Source: Christensenellaceae bacterium (GTDB taxonomy: Bacteria; Bacillota; Clostridia; Christensenellales; UBA1242). From it: a stretch of 64,000 nt of DNA. The notes under the pieces were generated by a model that saw only the letters and a list, made by a program, of their open reading frames with translations, had not been told where the DNA came from and did no database searches. The stretch spans positions 5,224 to 69,223 of the forward strand of contig JAIRQZ010000032.1 in assembly GCA_031256235.1 (NCBI GenBank), written 5' to 3'. Position numbers and translations under genes: made by a program. Positions 19,323 to 28,937 of this stretch are shown here, one piece after another. How positions within the stretch are numbered: the stretch's first letter is position 1; each line of letters begins with the position of its first letter.

Positions 19323-19792
19323 ATTGTCACCCCATATATTATAAGCGTTAATTGTCTTTGACTTCCCGCCATTATATCAATGGTTAATGTTCGCAGGTCT
19401 TGACGCAGACCCTGTAACATGCCGTGCGAATTTATAATTGCGGGCGGGTCGTCATTCGGCGTCGTTCCGTTGCGATAGTTGCATTGCAGGTCGGCGAATT
19501 TTGATTTGGCGGGTTGCATGCGAACAAACTTTTTCAAGTCTATGTCCATGCCAATGATAATCGGGTCAATATACCATGTCGAATGGTCATCGCTTTCAAA
19601 AAAGACGTCGCTTCCGTTGTTGCGGAACTCGGAATAAAAGACCCCGCCTTTTGTTTGAAGTTCGGTAGGTATCCAAACGCGTTGAATCTCGACAAAGGCA
19701 ATCTCGCGCCCAACGAAGCCCGCTACCAAAGTTATGACCATTGCTATCATGACCGGGATTATAAGGATTAGGATAAGAATCATTTTTTTCAT
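19319..19792 (-). CDS. membrane-anchored protein, unknown function
   Basis: N-terminal TM MKKMILILILIIPVMIAMVITLVAGFVG. Starts 2 nt after the permease gene stop. Confidence 0.55.
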   Translation of the reverse strand: MKKMILILILIIPVMIAMVITLVAGFVGREIAFVEIQRVWIPTELQTKGGVFYSEFRNNGSDVFFESDDHSTWYIDPIIIGMDIDLKKFVRMQPAKSKFADLQCNYRNGTTPNDDPPAIINSHGMLQGLRQDLRTLTIDIMAGSQRQLTLIIYGVTI

Positions 19793-19794
19793 GG

Positions 19795-21576
19795 CTATTG
19801 CTCCATCCTATAGTAACGCTTTGGCCCATGCAAAAACAAAAGCAGAAACGACACAAGCGCAAACGTGCACGAAAGTGGCAGATATATAAGGCGGTCATAG
19901 GTTCCGATTTTGAATATAAATTTGACAAGGCCTCCCATCTCCATGACGCCCGCCATAGTTTCAAACAATCCTCCAAACATCGATACGATGCCCAACAGTG
20001 CGCCGACACCAAGTCCCGCGCCCATTATAAGGTTCACGTGGGCGGTGGATTTTACAAGTTCACCGCCGCCGATTTGGTTGCAAAGTGGCTTTCGGATATC
20101 AAGGTACATCCCAAGGCATATGTAACCTATGACAAGCGATATCGCCAAACCAAAGATGTATATCGCGTCGGTTACGGGGACTTTCATAATCATGTCGGAA
20201 AGGTTGCTTGGCTTGTATGGAAGTGAAATCATTGCTATGGCTACGGCAACCGCGACAAGCACGGGAAAGAATACTATCCCGGCCTTGATTGCGATTTGTT
20301 TACGGAACGATACGGGTATAAGTTTTGTATGATAAATGTTGTGGCCTTCACGCGTGATTGCCGACGCCGCAAAAGAACTTGAAACAGGCATCAAAATCAT
20401 GATAACGAAAAGCGATGCACCGAAAATAAGGTCTTCGGCAAGTTTGGCATTGTATTGTTGGAAAGTTTGGAACGCCGCGACCATGGCGACGCGGTTACAA
20501 AAATACACAAGCAACGGAGTCAGCACCACAAGCAACAAAAATTGAAAAGTGTAATTGCTTGAACGAAAGATATTAAGACAGTCTTTTCGGATTGTGGCGA
20601 ACAAAGGCTTGCTTCGTTTGTAGGGGGCTTTTTTCTTTAGTGCCGACAGCATAGTCCTTTCGTCCATATAGGTTTTATAATAATTGCGCCCTGCGACGAC
20701 AATTCCGACCGCAAGAAACACAAGCGAGATACCGATGACCGCGATAAGCCCCATGATTGACCAAACAATTCCTTCGTTAAAGACCTTTGCGAAAAGCCAT
20801 TGCACACCAAAGACTTGGCTTACGAACCGTATACCACCCTGCTTTGACAAAAGCATACGTTCAAGGCCTGCGTTATCCAACAGTGCAAACAGCGTGCCGT
20901 TGATGACTTGCATATAACCAATCACCATGCCTATTAACAAACCAAAGTATATAAATGTGGTAAGCATTTGACGGCTTCGCAGGAAATTGACCACACGTTG
21001 AACAGGATACATTACCAAGGAAGCCAAGAAGAATGGGAAAAATGGCGCAAGCACAATTATAAATGGAACGAATAAATAATATCCAAAGTTCATTCCGACA
21101 GCAGTGCCGAACGCAATCAAAATCGGTAACAGCAGGCACGCGGTAAATATAAGTTCGTTCAAATAGGCAACGATGATTTTCGATATGAAAATTTGTTTGG
21201 GCGAAACAGGCCAACGCAAAAGCATCTCGCGATCATTGTTGATATCAAGGGTTCTTATAAGCATCGGTAGCATAAAACACGTTTCAATAGTATGAAAAAT
21301 CACAAACGAAAAAACCAAAAACGCATGCGAAAGGCCGTGCTTTATAAATTGGTCGGCCAACATACCATAAACAAAACTGAAGCCCACGATCGCGGCAATC
21401 GCGATTCCTGCAATGAGCCCAAGTTTGACAATTGTACGCGCTTTGCTTTTGCCACGGGGCATTTTGACACCAGCCTTGAATTGCAGTTTAATCAAGGTCC
21501 ATATGGACGTCCAAGACGCACGGAAAGCCACCATTTTCGGCGACATGCCTTTCGTTTTGCCCGCGCCACGCGTCAT
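19795..21576 (-). CDS. polytopic membrane protein, putative ABC exporter permease
   Basis: 593 aa with at least 12 hydrophobic segments. 4-nt start/stop overlap with the upstream ABC ATPase. Confidence 0.7.
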   Translation of the reverse strand: MTRGAGKTKGMSPKMVAFRASWTSIWTLIKLQFKAGVKMPRGKSKARTIVKLGLIAGIAIAAIVGFSFVYGMLADQFIKHGLSHAFLVFSFVIFHTIETCFMLPMLIRTLDINNDREMLLRWPVSPKQIFISKIIVAYLNELIFTACLLLPILIAFGTAVGMNFGYYLFVPFIIVLAPFFPFFLASLVMYPVQRVVNFLRSRQMLTTFIYFGLLIGMVIGYMQVINGTLFALLDNAGLERMLLSKQGGIRFVSQVFGVQWLFAKVFNEGIVWSIMGLIAVIGISLVFLAVGIVVAGRNYYKTYMDERTMLSALKKKAPYKRSKPLFATIRKDCLNIFRSSNYTFQFLLLVVLTPLLVYFCNRVAMVAAFQTFQQYNAKLAEDLIFGASLFVIMILMPVSSSFAASAITREGHNIYHTKLIPVSFRKQIAIKAGIVFFPVLVAVAVAIAMISLPYKPSNLSDMIMKVPVTDAIYIFGLAISLVIGYICLGMYLDIRKPLCNQIGGGELVKSTAHVNLIMGAGLGVGALLGIVSMFGGLFETMAGVMEMGGLVKFIFKIGTYDRLIYLPLSCTFALVSFLLLFLHGPKRYYRMEQ

Positions 21577-22523
21577 TTTGATGTGTACTCCGCTTTGACT
21601 TGCACCGTACCTTTACTTTTTGCCAAGTCGATGGCAAACGTATTCACACAGGGCGCGTCTTTTGTTTTTTCAATAAGGTCGTGTACCATTTTATCAATCT
21701 TTTTTACCGTAGCCCGCGATGCGCGGTGCTTGCCGACCTTTTTGGCAAGTTCGGCTTCTTCGTCATTAATTTCCTTGCGCATTTGGTTTTGCAACTCGCC
21801 TGCTTGGCGCGTTAATTCCATGAATTCCTTTTCCAAATCTTTGCCTGTGCGGCGATATTCATGCAAGTCTATGTCGGCGATGACAATACCGCCATGGACG
21901 ATGACCGCCCTGTCGCACATGACTTGGACAGTATCCAAGTTATGGCTACTAAAAAACACGCTGTTGCCTTTTTTGGCGTATTCTTTCATGTATTCTTTGA
22001 CTTCGAAAATCGATTGTGGGTCAAGACCTACCATGGGCTCGTCAAGAATCCACAACTTTGGCATATGTATAAGCGCGCCGATAATCGAGATTTTTTGCTT
22101 CATACCATGCGAATAGGACATGATTTGATTGTTGACCGCATGGCCGATTTTGAACTTGGCGCAAAGCATTTCAAAACGTTCCTTGCGCACATTTTCTTCG
22201 ACCCCATAAAGGTCGGCGATATAATTCACATATTCAGACCCTGTTAACTTGTCATAAACGGCGTGGTTATCGGGAACAAAGCCAAAGCATTTTTTTGCGT
22301 TGTATGGGTCCTTTTTATTATCAAAGCCACAGATTTCAATCTTGCCACTTGTGAACGGGATGATGCCCGTAATACATTTGATGCTTGTACTTTTACCTGC
22401 ACCGTTAACACCCAAAAATCCAAAGATTTCGCCTTCTTTGACTTCGAAATTAATATCCCTGGCGGATATATATTTTGCACCGTTATAGTGCTTGAAAAGG
22501 TGTTGAACCTTCAAAATAGCCAT
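21573..22523 (-). CDS. ABC transporter ATP-binding protein with ~100-aa C-terminal extension
   Basis: Walker A GVNGAGKST, signature YSHGMKQK, Walker B LWILDEPMVGLD. Charged helical tail (LEKEFMELTRQAGELQNQMRKEINDEEAELAKK...). ATG 22523 (MAILKVQHL) is preferred over the track start 22604 (GAGGT RBS). Confidence 0.85.
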   Translation of the reverse strand: MAILKVQHLFKHYNGAKYISARDINFEVKEGEIFGFLGVNGAGKSTSIKCITGIIPFTSGKIEICGFDNKKDPYNAKKCFGFVPDNHAVYDKLTGSEYVNYIADLYGVEENVRKERFEMLCAKFKIGHAVNNQIMSYSHGMKQKISIIGALIHMPKLWILDEPMVGLDPQSIFEVKEYMKEYAKKGNSVFFSSHNLDTVQVMCDRAVIVHGGIVIADIDLHEYRRTGKDLEKEFMELTRQAGELQNQMRKEINDEEAELAKKVGKHRASRATVKKIDKMVHDLIEKTKDAPCVNTFAIDLAKSKGTVQVKAEYTSK

Positions 22524-22551
22524 TTGTTTATACCTCACAGAATTTATGTGT

Positions 22552-23040
22552 TTATATATTATATCGAACGCGGGGAACCGCGTATAAAAATATACGCCTT
22601 GCACTTTTTTTTGTCAAGTAGTATAATTCGGTTTCGCACTCGGTCAAAACTTCGGCAACCTGCATTCCGTTATCAAACAGTGATTTCATATGCGCCTTGT
22701 ATTTATCGAACAGTGCTTTCACGTTTTTTAAATTTTGATATGGCCTATCAATTACCACACATGTTATATACAGGTACACTGGGTTAGAAAAACTCATGTT
22801 CGCCAAGTTGACAGCGTCCTCGCCTACTTCGCCGCTTTTTAAACGTTCGTAAAGTTCCTTTTCGACCGCGACTGTGGAAACATAACCTATTACTTTGTCT
22901 TGTTCCTTAAGCGCGCAAATGTATTGTGGGAATTTTTTGTATATTTCAAAGCATTTCGGAGCAGGCACGATACTTTTGAATCCGATGTTGTGGTCGATTT
23001 CTTCCATTCGTATAAAATCGTCAAAAGTAAGTTTATCCAT
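22552..23040 (-). CDS. hypothetical protein (possible GNAT-like fold)
   Basis: 162-aa ORF whose start overlaps the upstream HAD gene stop by 8 nt. Only weak acetyltransferase-like topology by eye. Confidence 0.45.
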   Translation of the reverse strand: MDKLTFDDFIRMEEIDHNIGFKSIVPAPKCFEIYKKFPQYICALKEQDKVIGYVSTVAVEKELYERLKSGEVGEDAVNLANMSFSNPVYLYITCVVIDRPYQNLKNVKALFDKYKAHMKSLFDNGMQVAEVLTECETELYYLTKKSARRIFLYAVPRVRYNI

Positions 23041-23635
23041 GGCTCACCTCAGTTATGGTTTGATAAATTTCAACCCAATCTTCGACTTCATATACAAGCA
23101 AACTTTTTACGCTGCGTGTATGTCGTGCGGGAATAAGAATACAAGGAATTTTTGCCCTTGCACATTCTTCGGCAATTTCGGGATTGTCTTCAATCATGAT
23201 ATCGATTTTATTTTTTTGCAGTGTTTGGATTTTATCCATTTTTGGAACACGACCGCTGAAATCGGTTACACCGTCAAGCCAGCCATCAACAATAATTTTA
23301 TACTTTTGTAACGCTTTTTCCGCTGCGACTATCATTTGTTTGTCCATTGCTTGACGAGTAGAAATGATAAATAATTTGTGGCCCTCTTTTCGCAATCTGT
23401 CTGTCATCTCTTTTACAAACGGTAATGGAGATGCTTTCGCCGTTAATGCTAAATGATATTTTTTGAAAAAACCAAGCACATTTTCACGCGACCAATTGAA
23501 TTTGTCTTGCAACAAAAACGCATCTTTGTCGGCGACTTTGTTTTTAACGATGTCATTATTATAAAGTGTCGCTGCCGCACGCCACCACTTTTCGGTCTCG
23601 AACAAAACTCCGTCAAAATCTATACCAATCCGCAT
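23033..23635 (-). CDS. HAD-superfamily 5'(3')-deoxyribonucleotidase-like hydrolase
   Basis: MRIGIDFDGVL (DxD motif I), FIISTR (motif II), DIMIEDN (motif IV-like). Confidence 0.65.
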   Translation of the reverse strand: MRIGIDFDGVLFETEKWWRAAATLYNNDIVKNKVADKDAFLLQDKFNWSRENVLGFFKKYHLALTAKASPLPFVKEMTDRLRKEGHKLFIISTRQAMDKQMIVAAEKALQKYKIIVDGWLDGVTDFSGRVPKMDKIQTLQKNKIDIMIEDNPEIAEECARAKIPCILIPARHTRSVKSLLVYEVEDWVEIYQTITEVSHG

Positions 23636-23638
23636 AGT

Positions 23639-26600
23639 TCACCTAAAAAGCAAATTCCCTTCACCAAGCAGGCTTCCAAGTTCGACTTTGATTGCGTTAC
23701 AATCGCGCACACGCATGTTTATGGAAAGCGCCTCGCCCGTAGCGATGCATCTTATTGTAACGGGCACTTCACCCACGTATGCGCGCAAGATATTTTGGAC
23801 TTCGGAATGTAAATGTTCATCTTTCGTATTGTATCTTAAGTAGAGTTTCAAAGCCGTATCGGCCTTTCCAGTTATGGAGGTCATCGGACGGGGTTCGGCA
23901 GAAGTGTTGGATAAAAGTTCGATGTTATCGGCCAGTATAATCGGGGCCTCGCCTTCACGAATGGAAATTTTGCCCGAGATTTTTACAACTGTATCTTTTG
24001 TCGCGATTGTTTTTACGCGGTCGTAAATTTGCGGGAAAAGCATGACTTCGATGCTCCCGTACAAGTCCTCGACACGCAAGACCCCCATTTCTTTTTTGGC
24101 GGCCTTTGTGACAAGACGTTTGATATCTGCGACGATTGCGCCGAAAGTGACTTTGGTTTCATTCTGGTCTTCGCCTTCTTCATCAGTATTAAGCATCGAG
24201 GTGTTCCAAGAAAACTGTTCAAACAAGTCCGAGTAACTTGAGAGCGGGTGTCCCGACAGATAAATGCCGACAACTTCTTTTTCAAGTTTAAGTTTTTCTT
24301 CTTTGTCGAACTCGGCTACATGCGGAACTTTGACCGCGACCTGTTGATTGATTGCCCCGAACAAAGACATTTGGCCTTGGTCAGTGGATTTCTTTTCGGT
24401 GCTTATAAGTTTCACAATTGTGGGATAAACCTGCATAAGCGAACTTCGAGTGTGGCCCAATCCGTCGAACGCGCCACCCAATATTAAACTTTCAAGACAT
24501 CGCTTGTTAAGCGCAGCACTGTCCACCCTGTTGCAAAAATCGCCAAAGTCGCGGAACTTACCACCGCGGGTGCGTTCCGCAAGCAGGGTTTTTATGACTT
24601 CTTCACCCACATTCTTTAAGGCGGCAAGTCCAAAGCGGATGTATTCTTTTGGGCCGTGTTTTTCAACCGTGAAGAAGACTTCGGATTTGTTGATGTCGGG
24701 AGACAAAACTTCCAACCCATGTTTACGTGCCGAGTTGATATATTTCGTCATGTCGTCCCATTTGTTGACGCGGTTATTCAAGACATTCGCCATATAATAC
24801 GGGTAATAATAATATTTCAAATATGCGGTTTGATACGATATGAACGCATAGCACGCGGCGTGGGATTTGTTAAACGCATAGCCCGAAAACTTTTCCAACT
24901 TGTCAAAAATGCTTTTGGCTTTTGCAAGGTTTACCCCATTTGCGACCGCGCCCTTGATGTTCATGTCGGCATTGCCGTGGATAAAGACATCTTTTTGGCG
25001 TTCCATTTCTTTGACGTCTTTTTTGCCCATAGCACGGCGGACCATGTCGGCTTGGCCAAGGCTGTACCCACCCATGACGCGGAAAATATCCATGACCTGT
25101 TCTTGGTAAACTATTTGTCCATAGGTGTTTTTCAAAATAGGCTCGAACATCGGGTGGTCGTATTGCGTCAAATCTGGATTATGCTTATATTTACAATAGT
25201 CAGGAATCATATCCATGGGGCCAGGACGGAACAAGGCCACGGTAGCGATGATATCTTCAAATCGGTCGGGTTTAAGGTCGCGAAGCACCCGCTTCATCCC
25301 ACCGCTTTCAAGTTGGAACACGGCGTCTGTGTCGCCTTCGGTAATCATTTTAAAGATATTCGGGTCATCGTATTCAAACGAGTAAAAATCAATATCTTTG
25401 TTCAAGGTCCGCTTGATGTCCCTTATCGTGCCCTGAATATCGGTAAGCGTAATAAGCCCCAAAAAGTCCATTTTCAACATGCCAAGGTCTTCGACTTCTT
25501 TCATGTCGAATTGGCTTGTGACATCCGTGCCGTTCCGTTGCAAGGGCGTGATGTCACCAACAGGATACTTGCAAATTATGACTCCAGCCGCGTGGGTACT
25601 GCAGTTGCGCGGGAAACCTTCGACCTTCATCGCCATGTCCACGATTTTTTTGACCTCGGGATTGTCATTATAAAGGTTTATAAGTTCACGTTTTTGCAAT
25701 CGTAGTAACTTGTCATGCTCTTTGTTATAGGCGTCGATTTCACTTTCTTTGGCGGTCGATGTTGGTTTGTTAAGTTTCTTTAAAGCAAATATATATGGCA
25801 AAAACGGAGGCTTTTCGGTTTGAGGGATATCAATAGGCTTTGTTATTTTGTCGACCTCGGAGTACGGCATTTTAAAAACGCGGGCTATGTCCTTGATGGC
25901 GGCTTTTGCGGCCAAAGTACCGAATGTGATGATTTGTGCCACGTGGTCGCGGCCGTATTTTTGCACGACGTAATCGATGACTTCACTGCGACGCATACAA
26001 CAAAAGTCCAAGTCAAAGTCGGGCATAGACGGGCGCTCGGGGTTCAAAAAGCGTTCAAACAACAGGTTGTACTTCAACGGGTCAAGTTTCGTGATGCCCA
26101 AGGCATAGGCGATTACACTGCCCGCGCCCGAGCCACGACCTGGGCCAGTTGCAATACCGTTATCGTTTGCATACTTCATAAAGTCGGATACAACAAGAAA
26201 GTAATCAACATAGTTCTTGCCGATTATGACGTCGGCTTCCATGTTATATCGGTCAATAATTTTTTTCGGAATTGGATTCCCATATATTTTTTTAAGGCCA
26301 CCTTCCACGGTTTTCCTAAAGTACGCGACCTTGTCACCACCGTTTGGAACGGTGAACTCGGGCAACAAGTCGGCCTGTTCAAACGGGCTACAGTTGCATT
26401 TTTCGGCAATCTTTACCGTGTTTTCCAACGCATCAGGTGCAATCTTGCCAAATATTTTTTGCATCTCTTCGGGAGACTTCAAATAAAATTGGTCCGTCGG
26501 CATTGTCATGTCGCTTGGGTCGTCAAACGTGCTTTTGGTCGTCACACACACAAGAGCCTTTTGCATATCGGCGTCTTCGCGCGTCAAGTAATGCACATCA

Positions 26601-27235
26601 TTTGTCGCGACAAGCGGTATGTTTAACTCGCGCGCCAACTTAATCAATTTCGGGTTTGTTTCGTCTTGTTCGGGAATGCCTTGGTTTTGAAGTTCAATAT
26701 AAAAGTCTTCGCCGAACATGCTACGCAAATCGAGGGCAATTTTCTTGGCCTCGTCGTACATGTTTTGCATCAAGGATTGATTGATATGCCCCGCCAAGCA
26801 ACCGCTTAAGCATATCAAGCCATCGCTGTGTTTCCGTAAAAATTCCCAATCGATTCGCGGTTTTTTATAAAAGCCTTCTATCCATGCTTTGGTGTTAATT
26901 TTACAAAGATTAATATAGCCCTTGTTGTTTTTTGCAAGCAAGACCAAGTGCCCGATGTGTTCGGTAAAGATTTGCTTGGTCAAGTCGTTAACAATATAAA
27001 CTTCACACCCGATAATGGCTTTGAACGGCTTTTCACCAGATTTAAGATTTTCCTTGTTATATGCTTTGATGGCTTTGTAAAATTTATATGTTCCATACAT
27101 GTTGCCATGGTCGGTGATTGCCACGGCGGGCATGCCCAAACTTGTCGCCAACTTCGCAAGTCGCGATACGCGCGCCGCCCCATCAAGAAGGCTGTATTCA
27201 GTATGTACATGAAGATGAACGAAACTCACTTGCAA
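23639..27235 (-). CDS. dnaE: DNA polymerase III alpha subunit (DnaE-type)
   Basis: N-terminal PHP (FVHLHVHTEYSLLDG), palm/fingers (PDFDLDF..., GLLKMDFLGL), OB-fold C-terminus. 1198 aa. The track start is TTG 27235; GTG 27229 is possible (see promoter). Confidence 0.96.
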   Translation of the reverse strand: MQVSFVHLHVHTEYSLLDGAARVSRLAKLATSLGMPAVAITDHGNMYGTYKFYKAIKAYNKENLKSGEKPFKAIIGCEVYIVNDLTKQIFTEHIGHLVLLAKNNKGYINLCKINTKAWIEGFYKKPRIDWEFLRKHSDGLICLSGCLAGHINQSLMQNMYDEAKKIALDLRSMFGEDFYIELQNQGIPEQDETNPKLIKLARELNIPLVATNDVHYLTREDADMQKALVCVTTKSTFDDPSDMTMPTDQFYLKSPEEMQKIFGKIAPDALENTVKIAEKCNCSPFEQADLLPEFTVPNGGDKVAYFRKTVEGGLKKIYGNPIPKKIIDRYNMEADVIIGKNYVDYFLVVSDFMKYANDNGIATGPGRGSGAGSVIAYALGITKLDPLKYNLLFERFLNPERPSMPDFDLDFCCMRRSEVIDYVVQKYGRDHVAQIITFGTLAAKAAIKDIARVFKMPYSEVDKITKPIDIPQTEKPPFLPYIFALKKLNKPTSTAKESEIDAYNKEHDKLLRLQKRELINLYNDNPEVKKIVDMAMKVEGFPRNCSTHAAGVIICKYPVGDITPLQRNGTDVTSQFDMKEVEDLGMLKMDFLGLITLTDIQGTIRDIKRTLNKDIDFYSFEYDDPNIFKMITEGDTDAVFQLESGGMKRVLRDLKPDRFEDIIATVALFRPGPMDMIPDYCKYKHNPDLTQYDHPMFEPILKNTYGQIVYQEQVMDIFRVMGGYSLGQADMVRRAMGKKDVKEMERQKDVFIHGNADMNIKGAVANGVNLAKAKSIFDKLEKFSGYAFNKSHAACYAFISYQTAYLKYYYYPYYMANVLNNRVNKWDDMTKYINSARKHGLEVLSPDINKSEVFFTVEKHGPKEYIRFGLAALKNVGEEVIKTLLAERTRGGKFRDFGDFCNRVDSAALNKRCLESLILGGAFDGLGHTRSSLMQVYPTIVKLISTEKKSTDQGQMSLFGAINQQVAVKVPHVAEFDKEEKLKLEKEVVGIYLSGHPLSSYSDLFEQFSWNTSMLNTDEEGEDQNETKVTFGAIVADIKRLVTKAAKKEMGVLRVEDLYGSIEVMLFPQIYDRVKTIATKDTVVKISGKISIREGEAPIILADNIELLSNTSAEPRPMTSITGKADTALKLYLRYNTKDEHLHSEVQNILRAYVGEVPVTIRCIATGEALSINMRVRDCNAIKVELGSLLGEGNLLFR

Positions 27236-27264
27236 AGTGTATCACAACGGTGCAAGTCACGCAA
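27236..27264 (-). promoter_or_regulatory. dnaE promoter
   Basis: Minus strand TTGCGT (27264-27259) - 17 nt incl. TGa - TACACT (27241-27236). GTG 27229 lies 6 nt downstream. TTG 27235 abuts the -10 box. Confidence 0.35.
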
Positions 27265-27339
27265 CATGCCCGCAAGGTTTAGTTTGCTTTTCTTTGTATC
27301 ATTCTTATGAACATATTTGAAACAACTTTGTCAATCTTG

Positions 27340-27368
27340 TTGACCTTTTCGACAAAAAACGATATAAT
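27340..27368 (+). promoter_or_regulatory. promoter of 27383 gene
   Basis: TTGACC (27340-27345) - 17 nt - TATAAT (27363-27368), 14 nt before ATG 27383, with no SD in between. Confidence 0.45.
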
Positions 27369-27382
27369 AAAATGGTAAGAAT

Positions 27383-27712
27383 ATGGAAGAAACTAAAAAG
27401 AAAGTCTTTAAATACTACCTGTCTTTGACACAAATGAAAGTCCGCGATGAAGATGCCCGGCATTGGGGCCTTGAAAGGCCGATGACCGACACAAGGGTTT
27501 TAACAAATGAAGGTTGGCTGTCATTTTCGGAAGAATTGCAAAGCGACAATTATAATCCCCACGCCAACCAATTCGGAGAATGGCCTTTTTATATGACCGA
27601 AGACCCATACACATATTGCCAAGATATAAAAACAGGCAAAATCGAATATAACAAAAGCGACGAACTTGTCCGAAACAAGGTAAAAGAAATCGAACAAGTA
27701 CTTGCAAGATAA
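27383..27712 (+). CDS. hypothetical protein (109 aa)
   Basis: ORF with a promoter upstream. No recognisable motif. Confidence 0.5.
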   Translation: MEETKKKVFKYYLSLTQMKVRDEDARHWGLERPMTDTRVLTNEGWLSFSEELQSDNYNPHANQFGEWPFYMTEDPYTYCQDIKTGKIEYNKSDELVRNKVKEIEQVLAR

Positions 27713-27736
27713 TTGCGAATACCTTAACATTATCAC

Positions 27737-28408
27737 ATGAAACGAATCGCATCAGTTTTCTTGTTGTGCGCAATTTTAATCGTATCGTGTTCTTTCGTCG
27801 GTTGCACAAGTGCGGAAGAATTACCGTTTCGACAAGAGCAAACAAAGTTCATCGCCCACAGGGGTTTGAGTAGCGTATACCCCGACAATACGATTGAAAG
27901 TTTTACGGCGGCGGGCGGAAGCGACTTTTTTTGGGGAATCGAAACCGACGTTTGGTACATCGGCGATACTTTTTATTTATCGCACGATTGGCCCGAATAT
28001 TTATTCGGATTGCCTACACTTGAAGATTACCTACCGATTTGCAAATCACACGGGAAAACGGCGGTCATTGACATCAAATCAAACCTTACGTTCAAGGCCG
28101 TGCAAGACCTTTTAAATTTGACCGCTGGTTATGACGTCATGTTTATTGATTTCAAGGAAAACGACTTAAGAATGATTAAAAGTCTGTCGCCCCGTGCCCA
28201 TGTCCAACTTCTTTCGCATGATTATTGGCCCGCCAATCACGATTTTGATGTAAGCCTTGATTACCCCGCCTTGACGCGAGGAGTTGTTAATAATGCAAAA
28301 ATTAAGAACAAAGAGATAGCCACTTGGACAGTAAATTCAAAAGAAGAAGCCCAGGCCTTTGTCGATATCGGCGTTGATTATGTGACTACAGACTGTATAT
28401 TTTTTTGA
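27737..28408 (+). CDS. glycerophosphodiester phosphodiesterase-family lipoprotein
   Basis: Signal/lipobox (LIVSCSFVGC). FIAHRGLSSVYPDNTIESF and GIETDVW match GDPD hallmarks. Confidence 0.78.
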   Translation: MKRIASVFLLCAILIVSCSFVGCTSAEELPFRQEQTKFIAHRGLSSVYPDNTIESFTAAGGSDFFWGIETDVWYIGDTFYLSHDWPEYLFGLPTLEDYLPICKSHGKTAVIDIKSNLTFKAVQDLLNLTAGYDVMFIDFKENDLRMIKSLSPRAHVQLLSHDYWPANHDFDVSLDYPALTRGVVNNAKIKNKEIATWTVNSKEEAQAFVDIGVDYVTTDCIFF

Positions 28409-28937
28409 TGCGATGTACAAGTCCGCTTTTGGATATTTGCAAAATCTCGGCTAACTCGTCATATGTGGCTTCGGGATTTTCAAGTCGCGCAGTAACAAGG
28501 CTTTTAAGTTCCGCGGGAAGCCCATTAAATTGGGGGCTTTTTACAAGTGCACTGAAAGTTTCAACCTGGGCTCGCGCGGTTTCGATTTGGCGCCCGATGT
28601 TTGCGGCGTCGCAGTTTGCACGTCGATTTGAAAGATTGCGTACTTGTCGCATTGCAATCTTGTCATGCAGTTCAAGCGCGCTTTTACTTGCACCGACAAG
28701 TGCCAACAGGTTACATATACTTTCGCTGTCCTTGATAACCACCCGAAGTGGGGGCGTCGGCGAGTCACATATGTGGGCAAAAATATCCGAGGTGGCAAAC
28801 TCTTCGCACAATTCGCGCGCTTCGGACAAATTTTCAAGCGCAAACTCTAAATGATAGCCACGGCCTTTGTTAAAACCAACGACGCCATCTTTTTGGCTTT
28901 TTTGAAGTATCTGTTGTTTGATTTTGTTGGGTATCAC
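28386..28937 (-). CDS. whiA: WhiA-family DNA-binding protein, N-terminally short form
   Basis: Aligns by eye to the C-terminal ~180 aa of WhiA (second LAGLIDADG-like half + HTH: ...RQVRNLSNRRANCDAANIGRQIETA...YDELAEILQISKSGLVHRIKKI). GTG start. An in-frame stop lies 14 codons upstream. Confidence 0.7.
   Translation of the reverse strand: MIPNKIKQQILQKSQKDGVVGFNKGRGYHLEFALENLSEARELCEEFATSDIFAHICDSPTPPLRVVIKDSESICNLLALVGASKSALELHDKIAMRQVRNLSNRRANCDAANIGRQIETARAQVETFSALVKSPQFNGLPAELKSLVTARLENPEATYDELAEILQISKSGLVHRIKKIYSL

Noticed and set aside
24656-26626. Long antisense ORFs inside dnaE (24656-25705, 349 aa; 25820-26626, 268 aa). Similar ones occur inside tuf (12091-12657), the ABC genes (21292-22116), the beta-helix lipoprotein (17418-18149), 46785-47471 and elsewhere.
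   Set aside because: All lie opposite strongly supported conserved genes, show biased low-complexity composition and lack start signals. These are typical shadow ORFs.
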